From Trichosphaerium sp. ATCC 40318 (taxonomy: Eukaryota; Protista; Tubulinea), in NCBI GenBank assembly GCA_038496445.1, contig JALMLS010000175.1:62001-126000 (forward strand): 64,000 nt of DNA, read 5' to 3'. Position 1 is the first letter of the stretch; every line of letters starts with the position of its first letter. The translations under genes and the position numbers were made by a program. Positions 39,401 to 52,605 of the stretch are shown one piece after another. The notes beneath the pieces are model-generated. The model did not search any database, was not told where the DNA came from, and saw only the letters and a list, made by a program, of their open reading frames with translations.

Positions 39401-41237
39401 GGAATACTTACCAATGTGCTATGGGTAAACAAGCCATTGGAACTATTGGATATAATCAATACAACCGTATTGATACTTTATTGTATTTATTGGTCTATCC
39501 TCAAAAGCCAATGTGTAAAACAAAGCATTTAGACATGATGCGATTTGCAGAGGTCCCTGCTGGTCACAATGCTATGGTACGAGAGAATTTTTAAACAAAG
39601 CATTGAACAAAAACAGAAAAAAAAACCAAATACCACGACGTGTTTTTTCTGAACTAATTTATTACAACAGGTCGCTGTCATGAGTAATTCTGGATATGAT
39701 ATTGAGGATGCTATTGTCCTTAATAAAGCTTCGTGTGATCGCGGTTTTGGTCGTTGTATTGTTCTCAAAAAGAGTGCTACAACTGTTAGGCCACATGACG
39801 ATAAAGTTTCTCCTGTAAAAATACCTGACGGTAACATTCCAACAAAGTTAAAACCATTTACACATCTGGACGAAGATGGTATCATATCACCAGGTACACA
39901 TTTTTTTGCAAAATCATGTGATATGCTTTTAATTATGACATAAAACTAAAAAAAAGATTTAGGTGAAAAAATTGATCCTGGTGCAGTGTTTGTTAATAAA
40001 TTCGTTCCAACTGGCCCAGAGAATCTTCTTCTTGGTACTCCTACTCCTACACAATACAAACAAGAAATATCAAAGTATCGTGGACCTAATCAAGCTGTTA
40101 TTGATCAAGTAATGATATCAGACACACGTGACGACGAGCGCCTTATTAAGGTACTGTTTTTTTTTTGTTTGAAACACTCTTCTTTTTAGTTTACTGATGT
40201 TTGTATTAAAAGGTACTTTACCGTGAAACGAGACGTCCTGAGCTTGGTGATAAGTTCTCAAGTCGTCATGGACAAAAGGGTGTAGTTGGTATGATCATAC
40301 AACAAGAAGATATGCCGTTCAATGGTAAGCATAAAATGATTGCCTTTTTGGTTTGATTAAGAAACAAAACTCATGGCTTGTTTTTTCGCTCCTAACTAAC
40401 GCTTTTCTTTAGATGAGGGTATTTGTCCTGATCTTATCATGAATCCTCATGGTTTCCCTTCACGTATGACAGTAGGCAAACTACTTGAGTTTGTTGGAGG
40501 TAAAGCAGCCTTACTTGATGGCCGCTTTGCAGACGGAACTGCTTTCGGCGGTGACCCTGTTGATGAGATTACAGAATGCCTTGTAAAACATGGTTATAAC
40601 TACTCTGGTAAAGATTGCTTCTACTCAGGTGCGTACATAGTCCTTAAAGGAAAATGCAATGCAAAGAAAAGTAACAGTTAGCGACTTTTTTTTAAAGGAA
40701 TCACTGGAGAGATGCTTCAAGCTTATATTTTCTTCGGACCTGTTTATTATCAGAAATTGAAGCATATGGTTGCCGATAAAATGCATGCGCGCCCTCGCGG
40801 ACCACGTGCTACGCTCACACGTCAACCAACAGAGGTATAGTTTTATTGTTATTTTTCTTGTTTTGTATTGACTTATTGGCTGCTAGGGTCGCGCTAGAGA
40901 TGGTGGTTTACGTCTTGGTGAGATGGAACGTGATTGTTTGATTGGTTATGGCGCTGCATCTCTACTATTAGAGCGTTTATGTATATCTTCTGATGAGTTC
41001 ACGGCACGTTGATTTTGAGGGAGTCTCAGTTTGTTGTTTGTTAATTTTTAATAACCTGGTGTTTTTTAGGTGTTTATATGTGAAGGATGTGGATTATTGG
41101 TGTATCATGAATGGTGTACATACTGCTCAAATGGAACAAAGATTGCTACGTTGAAGATTCCTTATGCTGCAAAACTCTTGTTCCAAGAGTTACAGTCAAT
41201 GAATATTGTACCTAGAATAACACTTGGTTATCATTAA
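36480..41237 (+). CDS. POLR3B: RNA polymerase III second-largest subunit (RPC2)
   Basis: [111 protein letters not shown]. Confidence 0.98.
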
Positions 41238-41542
41238 AAAAAAACCCTTGTGAAATAAAATTATTGAATGATAAACAAAAACCGTTGTACTGTGCTGCAA
41301 AAAATTAAGTTTCATTTAATTATTGCACAACAGAGTTTTCTATGGCCTACATAAATAAATAAAACAACAAACAAATGCATAAACAGTCCTTGATTTTTTT
41401 TGAATAAACATCAACACGTGACTTTGACTGTTCAAATGTTGTATCCTTATTAGTGATTAAAGTGGAGACAATAAAAGAGATAGAGAGGAAATCATGACCA
41501 TCTAGTTGTGTAACCACGATTTTGGTCTCAACAACCAGTAAT

Positions 41543-41607
41543 GACATGTTGCCCGAGTGGTTAAGGGGTTCGGCTGCTAACCGGATGTGCTAGTCACGCG
41601 CGAGTTC
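41543..41607 (+). pseudogene. Truncated tRNA-Ser(GCT) copy ending in the T loop (..GCGAGTTC), with ~110 nt of duplicated 5' flank from ~41435
   Basis: Identical to 29621-29685, then abruptly followed by TGTTGTTTAC. The upstream flank aligns with ~29515-29620. Confidence 0.92.
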
Positions 41608-42090
41608 TGTTGTTTACAATTGGTTGATAAGATAATGATTAAGTAGTTGGTGATGTAGCGTGGTACCTGAATGTCCATTGCAGAGCGATGGAAGCGAAGC
41701 ATATGTATACGAACATGAACTAGGCGTGTTTGTTAGATTATTCCTTTGTTGTAATCGTTCAATTAAACGGCCAATATACACCACTTATATTGACCTCATC
41801 AAAGATGACCACTACTATTTATTACCGACGATTTCCCAAGCGTAGTACCAACTATGTATAGATTCAAAACCCCACCAATATCACTCGGTCGAACAAATGA
41901 TATCTTATTGAATAGCTTAAACTCATGCTATCAATTATGTCTTTACAGTTTATTGACAAAGATTCTAATCGTCGTACATCAGTACACAAGTGTGAATCGT
42001 AGTACGAGTACTTGTTTTACGTCGGTAAAAGTTCTGACCTTGCTTAGCCGTGAAGTCGTCCAATGCAATGAGGGTTATGTTATTTTGGTG

Positions 42091-42567
42091 TTACTTTCGT
42101 TTGTTGGCTTCTTGTAACATGTATGCCACGTGTTTGCTCACGTTTGATAATTTGTTTCGTTGTTCATCTGTTAAGTACTTGTATCCTTGGACAGTACCAT
42201 AACAAGAAGTCGTACCACAAGCACAATTAAAAGGTGAAACCATAGAGAACTCTGTTGTGCAATAATTAAATGTCATTTCTTCTCCTTCTTCAACATTGCT
42301 GAGGCACTTGTACTCCATTGTTGTAAGGTCAACGTATACCTTAGGATCACAAGAGTGGTTCATGTATATCCAAATGGCGTCTTTGCTACCTTCTCCATCA
42401 ATATGCGTAGATTCTGAGGTTTGGATGGTATGCATTGAGGCAGATGAAACTGTTTTACCAAAAATTGACGCTACAAAGTCTCCAGGAGAAAGTTTCTTGG
42501 TGGCTATTAGTCTGAAGGATCCATCTTTGCGTTGTTCTGGTCTGACACTTGGTTGTGGCAGCGACAT
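42091..42567 (-). CDS. Small SET-domain lysine methyltransferase with post-SET, intronless
   Basis: YMNHSCDP, EEMTFNY, CACGTTSCYG. Confidence 0.92.
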   Translation of the reverse strand: MSLPQPSVRPEQRKDGSFRLIATKKLSPGDFVASIFGKTVSSASMHTIQTSESTHIDGEGSKDAIWIYMNHSCDPKVYVDLTTMEYKCLSNVEEGEEMTFNYCTTEFSMVSPFNCACGTTSCYGTVQGYKYLTDEQRNKLSNVSKHVAYMLQEANKRK

Positions 42568-42839
42568 TTGAAAAGAAGAATTATGTTTGCCTAAGATATG
42601 TTATATCACAACTCCTAGCGTAAATATCAAGTTCTTTTGCTATGAGAAGAGCGCAAAAGGCGTACACAAAAGTTTGTTGATGCAATATTGTCCGTTCGTG
42701 TTCTTGTAAGCGTTTATGCCTGTTGTGAGGGTTGAGAGTCTGCCTTTTTTGAAAAACTTAAGCTGTAATGCCTTAATCAACAGGCGCGTTTTTCGGCCTG
42801 TTTTGATTGTATGCATGCTATAAAAATATAGCTGCTTTC

Positions 42840-45800
42840 ATGCGTGTCTTTGGAGCACCCTTAGCAAACTTGGCAGATGAACAAGGCAGTTTAGATGTAC
42901 TGATACCTTTTTTCGTCCGGGATTGCGCCGAGCATATCATACGTCATGGTAAGTGATAAAGCAGTAATAATCACATAGTTTGATGTGATTGGGTTACATT
43001 CTATGTAGGGCTTAACGTAGTGGGTCTGTTTGATCATAGTGAGCCTGTACTGGCGAAAACAAAGCAGTTTCGTGAACTTGTAGAGTCAGGTACAATAGTA
43101 GTTCCATCAACATGCTCTAAATGCTTCCAACTATTACTTTATCCAAACATACACCCAGAGCGTTAACTTTTTCAATTATAATTTATTGAAGCGCCGCCAA
43201 TTAACGGACATCCGTAGATACTGACCTAGAATTCGGCAACAAGCGCAGAGGGGTAGCTGATGCAGATTTCGCTAATGACATAAGGGCAATTTTTAGAATG
43301 CTCAAAGAGTTCCTTGAAGGTCTTCCACAGGCAATACTTGATCATGATATGGCTAGTATAGCCGGTAACCAACCTTGGTAAACAAAATATAACACAGCAA
43401 TTAATGTATCGTAGGGAAGACACAACATGAACAAATTAAATTAACGAAGAGTTTTTTGGAAGAACTTGATGAATTCAGACCTCCTGAAGGTGAACTACTC
43501 CACGTGCGTGTACTGACGCGATCTTTATTTGGATCTTTTTTTTTTTCGCTTTTTTTTATTTTGAAGAGAAAAGTTCGTTGTTGTTTGTTGACGTGTTGGT
43601 GTACTGATTTATATTTTGTTGTGTTCAGGTAATGTTGTTTTTGTTGAAGCAGTTGGATAATAATGCAAGTGCTTGCAAATTGTCAAGAAAGGAAATAAGT
43701 AAAAACCTTTTGTTGGCATTTTTTGGCAAGAAGGCTGCCAGTAAGTACTTTTTTCTCTGTTCTTGCATTAGTATGTATTTGTTAAACCATGCATAGCAAA
43801 TCCAGTGGCTCTTGGACATGTAATAGAGTTCCTTATAGAACACTTTGAAGCATTGTTTACGGTATGTCGACAAACAAATGAGACGACTTCGTTTTTTGGA
43901 AATTTATACTAACTAGCTGTTTATCTTAGAATGATATAACATCGCTTCCAATGAGAAAACAAAGTGACACCAAATATGCTAGATTTATTTCGCGTGTTAT
44001 ACTAGACTATGATAGAACACCTCGGTATTTTGAACGTATTGGTAAACACTTGTGGTACATAAAAAAAAATTTCAGCTGTTTCTTGTTGTTAATTCCTATT
44101 AAGGGTTATCTCTTCAAATGGTAGTGTACTGAAATTCAAGGCTTCTTCTAATGTACGTAATATAATTTAAATATGTTGTCAATAACAGATCGTTCAGAGT
44201 ACGATACCAAAGAAAATGGATATTTTCAACCAAGTTACAACGAGCATGTCAAGTAGTATGAATAGTCTGCTTTTTGCTAAAGCTATCGATTTCTCACGCC
44301 TCTGGGTGAGTATTCCAGATAAACTACTCATCTTTAGTGAGGTAATACATGAAATCATCATCAGTCTTCTCATACAGCAAAACTAGTCAGGGCTTGTTTG
44401 TGAGTTCTCTGTAGAACATACTGTAAACTACATTTGTGAAGTAGATGATTATGTTTGGGCAGGTGCTAGAGGAATAATTTATGTGTACCAGAGGGAATGT
44501 ACATCTTCTGATATACCTAATACTATTACACTTCCACATAAGGAGATGGCTATAACACAGTACTTATTCAAATCTTTTTACTTTGTGCGAAGTGGTCTAA
44601 TTTTTGTAAAGAATGTGTTACGTTGAGGATTTTAGAGAAGTTTGGGCAGTCGCTATCAAGACGTCAGGAGAATCTGAACTATTTGTCTTTGATGCAGAAT
44701 CTCACAAACAAAAACATCAACGTGATTTAGGTACCGAGCATTTTAAAGGTTTTTTGTTCCAGTTTTTACTAAATAAGTAAGGCAATGCAAGCGTTGTATG
44801 TGGTATGGTATGTGCATACGATACTACAGTAGATCAATCACCTTCAAGGATATGGATAGGATCTCATAATTTTGTGAAAGTATTTGATCCATCCACTGTA
44901 CGCTCCTTTGGAAAACACGAAACACTAACAACTGTTTTAGAAAAAGGAAATTTTTAGGAATGACGAGAAGCACTTCAAAAAATGCACAGCAATGTCATTT
45001 ATTAACAATCATGTTTGGGTTTGTTCAGGCGCGTTATTGCCAAATTACTAATAATTACTAATTACTGCCAGCAGAAAACACAGGCGAAATACATATTTAT
45101 AAACAAGTACGATCGAATTTTTTTCTTTGTTTTGCTCGCGAGTCTCATGTCTATTAGAACCCACCGAAGTTATTAAAAAAGCTTAATGGTTATCACACAG
45201 AGGAAATATTAGCTTCCCGATACAGGGCGAGATCAATAAAGCAACAAGAAGATTACAAGTATGGACAGCTGGATGCGATATGGCCGTTTGTGTATTTGAG
45301 GTTCCTGTTGTTACTACAGGCGCTTCACTTTATCAATTCTCTGCTATTGGTGGAGATACGATCAAAGTACTACAAAAAGACTCTAGCATGATCTCCAAGG
45401 AAGATCAAGCAGCTATAAAAGTATGTTAATGCCTTGTGGTGCAGTGATGCTAATACTTATTTTTAGTTGGACAAGAAAGTTAGCGAGACTCATACAGGGA
45501 CAGTGTACTTCTCAAAATATAAAGGAACTGATGTCGCTGTTAAGAAGATAAGAACTAAAAATGCAGATAAGCTTTTCGCAGAAGAAATGGCTGTACGGTA
45601 AGTTTGTTGTTGTTTGAAGAACCCAAAAATGTAACATCTTAGTTAGTGCGAAATTACGGCATCCAAATGTTGTATTGTTTATGGGTGGATATGTAGCTAA
45701 AGGCTCCATATTCTTTGTTCTGGAGCGCCTTAAAGGAACATTAAGGCGTTTATTAGCTGGACCAGGTACACTAATGTTTTTAATTTAACATTTGCAATAT

Positions 45801-47571
45801 GATTTTTGTATTGATTCATTTAAACAGATCCGAAGCCAGTTAAGTTGAAAGCACCTCTATCCTTCCAACAAAGAATGAAAATGGCAACTTGTATTGCAGC
45901 CGGAATGGCGTGGATACACAAAGCAGATGTAATATACCGTAACTTAACTCTTGATAACATTTTGGTACCGTAAAAGAAAAAAGATTGTGTCAGCTCACTT
46001 TTTATTAGGTTGACAGCAAGCTTGGTATAAAAATCTCAGATCCTGCATTGGTCAATGAACCTAAACCAGCAAAAGGCGTACCATATTGGTATGCTCCAGA
46101 AGGTGTGATTACGATTTGATAACTACAGACAGCTCATTTTTTTAGTATTAAAGGATGAAAAGTGGAGCAAAGCTGCTGATGTTTATTCTTTTGGTTTGGT
46201 TCTTCATGAACTACTCACAAAGAAGATTCCATTCAATGATGTTGATGATAAAGAAGAACTTATTGAAATAGTGTGCGATGACGATGATCGTCCATCTATA
46301 CCGCAAATATGTCCAGGCTCTCTAAGGTATTGTTATAAAAATTCTGTGCGAAGGTTTAACAGTTTGTTGAAGGGATATGATAAAAGATTGTTGGGATGAA
46401 GATCCCTCTGACAGACCTTCATTCGAGACTGTAGCTTCGGGTTTCGATGAAGTAGTATTAGAAGGATGTATTCCAGAGGAAAGTGGACGTAATATGTGGA
46501 AAGACGCAACAGGAAATCACGTACGGCAAAAAAATTGATGAACGACATTTTGACACATTTTGACACTTAATTGTTTGACATTTTTATTTTTTCTTCAGGC
46601 AATGTCTCTTGTACCATGGAATATGTTTGCAAAGGCTTTATGCATAGCAAGTGATACTAATGTACCAGAGATTATACAAGATAGAAAAGGAAGTGCACGT
46701 AATACTTTAGGCCTAAACGTTGATTATGACAAGCAATTTTTGTATCTGGAATTACTATTGAGTACGCACGCACAAGACAATATTTTTCCTCTTTTATTTT
46801 TGTTTATTTGTTTTAACATGTTTTGTAGGTAATTATGAACGTGAAGTGTCAATTGAAACATTTGGCAAGTATTTAAAATGGTTTGGACCTCTTGATGCTT
46901 TAGTAGTTACAAGGGTCTGTTATCTTTCTGTCACTTCTCGTTTGCGTTCTCGTAGGTTTTATGATGGCTTATATGTTTTTTAGACTATAGCAATACTTAC
47001 ACAACCATGGTTTCATGGACATATTGATGAACAGCAAGCTAACAAATTCTTGAACGGTGAAAAAACCGGTTCGTTTCTTGTCAGGTTTAGTTCACGCGCT
47101 GGCATGTTTACACTTTCTTATAAAACTAAATCTGGAACGTACGTCAAAAAGAGTGAATAAGTCAAATAATTAATGATACTGTAGGAACAAGGGTAAACTA
47201 GCACATGTTCGTATTGTATACAAAGCATCTGAAGGAGAATATTTATTTGGAAAAATATCACACCCTGATCTACAGACATGTATAGAAGCCTGTAAAAAGA
47301 GTCTACAACTAAAGACAGCATGTCCTGGTTCAAGATTTGAGCAATTTGGGTCTCAACTAGAGGTAACAAACGAAAAACAATGTTGTTTTTGTTTTTCTTT
47401 TTTTTTTTGTCAAGATCAACTGAGCAGTATTTCTTGATTGTTTAGTAATGCTAATATTATCTTCAGGAAATCATCGAGAAGCTCAATAACAGTACAAACG
47501 AAGATCGGTTTGAAAATTACCACAAAGAATCGCAAAATCTTGTAGCTTCTTTCCAAAAACAAGACACGTGA
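42840..47571 (+). CDS. Multidomain protein: RhoGAP-like, beta-propeller-like, TKL pseudokinase, SH2 (SHK-like)
   Basis: VFGAPL..IPFFVRDCAEHI..GLNVVGLFD, LKEFLEGLPQAI; kinase VAVKK, LRHPNVVLFMG, IYRNLTLDN, ISDPAL, WYAPE, ADVYSFG, CWDEDPSDRP; SH2 PWFHGHI..GSFLVRFS. The 5' end is uncertain. Confidence 0.85.
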
Positions 47572-48160
47572 AGGTACTATACGCTCGTATGTTTTTATCC
47601 CGTGGGTGTACTGAAAATAAAAAAAACAAAAAACATTTTTTGTCGTTATTACTGTCTTGTGTTTCTTTCATTTTATGTATATATTAGGCGCGAGTACATT
47701 GTAGAGTATCTATTGCGTGAGTTATAAAACAATCAATTGAGTTTTGACGTTATCGCGGTGAGTGGCGTCTAAAAAAGGGTAAAGAGTCTAGGTTGGGGTA
47801 ATACAATACTTTCGCGCGAGAAAAAGGAGTAATTACCAACAAAAGTGGCGTCTGCTCAAAATAGGAAATGTCAAGCATACACATTACTAACGCTCCACCT
47901 GGCGTCCAAAAAGGATGCCAGGACCGATTAAGAAAATGATTTTGAGCTAATTTGCTCAAAACCTACGCACTTGACTTAATACTCTCCGAACAATTTATAT
48001 ATTGCACGCCTTCGCTATTAGCGCTATACTATAAAAGTATAAGAAGAATTTGAGTTATCAAACGTTGTTATGTGCGTTACCTTACCTTGCCGGGTATATA
48101 TATCATATATGTACGTAATAGAGCGTGTTTTACTTACTTTTGCATCCAGGTTACATCAGT

Positions 48161-50230
48161 ATGTGTGCAAAAAGAAGTGATGGTCGAAAAACACCTAAGA
48201 GAAAGCGCCCACATGGAGTACACGTTTAAAACAATAAAATATCATTAATAACAAACAAAAACAGAGCCAATCTCCGCTAAAACAAGTACATCGTAAAGGC
48301 TCCGAAAGACGCTCACATTCTCCACTATCTTTAAGGATACCGAGAAGATCATCAGCATCAAGCAGTGCGTTTCTAGAAAATTGCTTTTTAAAAAAACAGT
48401 TTTAAAACACTCATTAATGGTACTGTAGGTGATTTACTACGCGTGAGGTACAGTATTCAGTAAATATCAGGCGTTATTATTCGACCTTTGTTTTCGGCTT
48501 TTAAAATTCTCTTCTAATCATCTTTAAATACAGCGCATTCGGGTTATCTGACTCTGACAGTCCTCTATATATATCATCAAGCACTTGTGATAGCGACGGT
48601 AGCACGTCGTTCGAAAATCGCCTTGTTTCTTTAAATAATGAGCTCGTGGTAAGATTTTTTTTTTTGCAGTGTTTTTTTGTGCACAACCTTTATATAAATT
48701 GGTCCCAGAATTTTCATGAGTTTTCTCCCTGTTTGTTTTTTTTTCAGATTTAATTATTTATAACAACTCAGCAAGAGCTTTTCTCTTTATGTCTGATGCT
48801 ATGCGTCATTCTCGTAGTTTAAGTACATCTGTATCTACTAAAACACCATTTGTATCTAAAAAACAGTACTATCGTATCAAAGTATGGCGTAGTAAAGATG
48901 CTATTCATTGTGAAAAACATGTTTCAAATCAAAAGCGAAACAAACTGAAAACCCAAAAAACGTTTTTTTTTTTGTTGCTTGTTGGAATTCCTTTCAGCCT
49001 TTGTTTATGCTGACCCATCTCTTTTTGTGTAGGCTGAGAACATGGCTCTTAAAAATAAACTACAAAAAGCTCAGGAGCGTGAAGCGTTCATGGAAACGTA
49101 TTCTGAACGGCTACTCCAAACGGTATGTACTGCATACTTTAACTTTTTATAAACTGTCAGCTTTTGCAAGTATTTGTATAGCTACACGTGATATTCACGT
49201 TATACAGCCATAAGATGGCTGTAAAAACTTTTTTTTTTAACATTTTTTGAGATATTTCATCACGTGATTTTAGATATACGGTTGTTTTTTGACAGATAGC
49301 AATTTAGTTTACTTTTTTTTTTCTTCGAGTCAACGCTATGCTATGTCGTTTTTGACTTTTTGTTTATAGGTGGCTCACCGACGAGAAAGGACACAAAGTG
49401 TCCGCCAGGCTGCATTAAGACTCATGGTAGATAGATTTCACTCTTATGATGATAATTTATATCACTTTGCTGATACGTACGTATCGTCTTTTTAGTACCT
49501 CTTATCGCCTGCCTGCATAACAACGTATCTTGCCTTGATTATGACGTTTATTTAAATAACCGTAAATAGGTCGTTTGATGAACACAGAAAGATTTTCTTT
49601 GATATGAAGAGAGATAAGCAAAGGAAGACCAAGAAGAATGCTTTTTTGAATATGGAAGTTGATCAGGAACAGAATACATCATCAAAGTATAAAAAAACAG
49701 TAACAACACAATCTGCACGCGTAGACTCTCCTATGCGCAGGCGAAGGAAACAATTTGATAGAACTGCAAAAGCTGGTACACTTTCCATGCTTTATGTCTT
49801 TTTTTTCCTTACGCGCGTAGCTGAACTTAATGAAAATGGGAGGGATTCTCCAAGGGACCGAAGGAGAATGGCTAGAAATCGATCACTGACTCTTGACAGC
49901 CATGCATTGGTACTAATTAATTGATGTTGCTTTCATTCATTTTAAGTTCTTGAGTAGTCAGGCAAGCCCAAGAAGCGTAGAGAAGATGCTCTAGCGAAGC
50001 GTAAAGCACGTAGGCGCGCAACAGAACTAATGAAAGCAGAAAAGAGAAAAGAGCAGCCAACGAAAGCAAAATTTAGTAAAAAGAGAAAGCCATCAAAGTC
50101 AACAGATAACCTGCATATAAGCAAAGTTGAAGTTGATGGAAGAACAGACTCTCCCGGTAATAGAAGACCTAGACGGCGGAATAGTAGTGCTGCACCACCT
50201 CCAGCGAAACAGGGGAGTAAGGGGAAGTAA
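48161..50230 (+). CDS. Hypothetical basic low-complexity/coiled-coil protein
   Basis: A series of K/R/S-rich exons bounded by GT-AG. No family recognised and the boundaries are approximate. Confidence 0.45.
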
Positions 50231-50424
50231 CTCGTGAAGCGTGCCGTTTAGTGCACCTTTTTGTTATTTTCTTCCCCAATATGGGTATTTTTTGGTCCCA
50301 CTTGTACAATTGTAAACATGTAAAGACAGTTCTAGTTGCATCAAATGTTTCGGGTAGTTGAGCGCACTTTTGACGTATATTTGACTTAGCAACTTGTTAA
50401 GTTGCTAAAAATTATAGCACCAAC

Positions 50425-52170
50425 ATGATAAAAAGAGCGAAGGCACCTTTTTTAACCGTGAGGTACACTAAAGAATCAATAAATAAAGTTTCTGTGTTGT
50501 TTTAACAACTACGTTGAAGAGGTGCACTATATGTTCTCTTTAGCCTCGTTATCGGCTTTATACTCGGATCAAACACATTTACGCGTCAAACAACTATCGC
50601 TCCTGCCAGCCAACCAGAGGCTATCAAAGACCAAATCAAGACACACAACAATGTCGACGTAGTTAAAGATACAAAAAAAGATGAAAATGATTGTATCACA
50701 TACAAGAAAGGACAAAGTTTTTCCAACCTTGCAGCTATTAAAGCGAATGGGTGGGTTAAAGACAAATGTAGAGCAAACCCATTTGCAGGAGAAGTGCTTG
50801 AACCTGGTGAATACTGGACAGCGGTCATACCAACATACAAGGTACGTGAGCAATCTAGTTGTTTTGCTCTTCCTATCTGATAGTGCTTAGCGAAATTTGA
50901 CTCTAGTTGGTGAAAACCTACGTGCTTTGGAAAGTGCTTCTGTACGAGTTTTTTTTTCGAAGTCGAAGCTTATTGTTGGTTGTTGTGCTAGGGATTAAAG
51001 AAGATATTGCTTGTATGGAATGATGTTGATACAGAGCCTCCAGATGCATCGGTTTTTGGTGTTAAAAAAGTTGAATTGAAAGTATTGAAGATGAAAGAAA
51101 ACCATCCCAGAAATGTACTTTTTATTGTTGTTTTATTTTTCTTTTTATTTACGACACTGTTATTTAGAGATTCTTAATCGCAGAACACGTGGACACAGCT
51201 GGTATGTACTTTGTTTATGCAAGAGAGCCAGTGAGTCAAATCAACAACAAAACGAGGTGTTAACACCAACTTAATGTAAGTTGTTGCACCATTGATAAAT
51301 TCTTTTTGGTTTTCGTTTCGAAATTTACCAGTAGATTTTACATCATTTAATGGTTTGTACATAGCTACATACCATCAAGACGATGACATGAAGACAAACG
51401 GCCATGAAGTACAGAAAATGTTTGAAATATGGCGTAGAAACCCTGATAAGATAGTGGGCGTATTCCCACGTTCTTGGAGGTAAGTAAACAGGATAAAGAA
51501 GCCCTCTTCTGACTTGTAGGCTGTAGATGGGAATATCTTCAAGATAGATATGTATATGACTTAGTTCGTTGTCACGATGACCAATTTGGGAGTTGTCCTT
51601 GTAAACCATATAATTTGATATTACCAAGCATATCTTTTGTTGGCACTAAGTATTTAAAAATATATAAGCGATTTGCTCCATTCTATAGGTATGTTTTTCA
51701 AAGAAAGGAATAGTTTCATAGTACTCTCCATCTAACTGCCTTTTGTTCCAGTACATTAGTTGATCAATTTCATAACGGTGAAGGAATATTTTTGAACTGT
51801 AAGTTGGCTTAAGATTGTTTTTGTTCTGCTTTTCTGATGTTTTTATAGGGGTTGTTGCAAATACTACACGGAAACCTCATGCTATATGGGCCACGGGTAT
51901 TGCTGTACGTATATTCTTGGATTTTTTTTGCCAGTTAATTATATTGTGCAGTGGTCTGTGCCTATAAATGATGGTGGTTTGTCGGGTTCAAATAGTCATT
52001 ATCAAAAAAGACACTTGCTTGTTGATATTTTGGCAAAGTATTTAGATTTCCTACCGTTCTGGGTACAAGATGTATACAACATTTATGGGTATGACACCTA
52101 TATAATTTTAATGGCATTCTCAAAATAATCTCACTTTTAGGTGACGTGGGACTAGAAATACAAAAGTAAC
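50425..52170 (+). CDS. Glycosyltransferase family 64 (EXTL2-like), type II membrane protein
   Basis: N-terminal TM ALYVLFSLVIGFILG, WTAVIPTYKR, KKILLVWND, YHQDDD, FEIWRRNPDKIVGVFPR, GLSG..HYQKR. The 3' end is approximate. Confidence 0.8.
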
Positions 52171-52605
52171 AAATGGTACGTCTGTCAGGCTGTTTTTTTT
52201 TTATTCGTCTCATTGGCTATCATTACACAAACCTACGCTATGATATTTACATGGGTGACTTTGTATGGCCATAAATTAATTAAAGGCGCGAACTGGCGGC
52301 AATGACAACACAGACATGTGTCACTGTAAAAGAGTTCGCGCCACATAAAAAAACACATCAAAAAAAAAAATTCTTTGAAAAAGTAAATTCTAACAACGCT
52401 TACCTAGACCTACAAAAAAAAAGATAATAAAACTGTACACAAAATAAATTACTAAACAAAGAGATAGCCTAAATTGATGATATATTCATTTTGTATTCTA
52501 GAATAGTACAGCACGTGTTGCAAGCTACCAAAAAAAAAAAAAGAGAAAATATGTTTTATTTTTTTTTCTTGTTTTTGAGTCATGAGTACTATGATACTTG
52601 AGTAT

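Noticed and set aside
47755-47790. GTGAGTGGC and AAAAAAGGG resembling pieces of U11 snRNA
   Set aside because: Wrong order, and no Sm site or matching fold.
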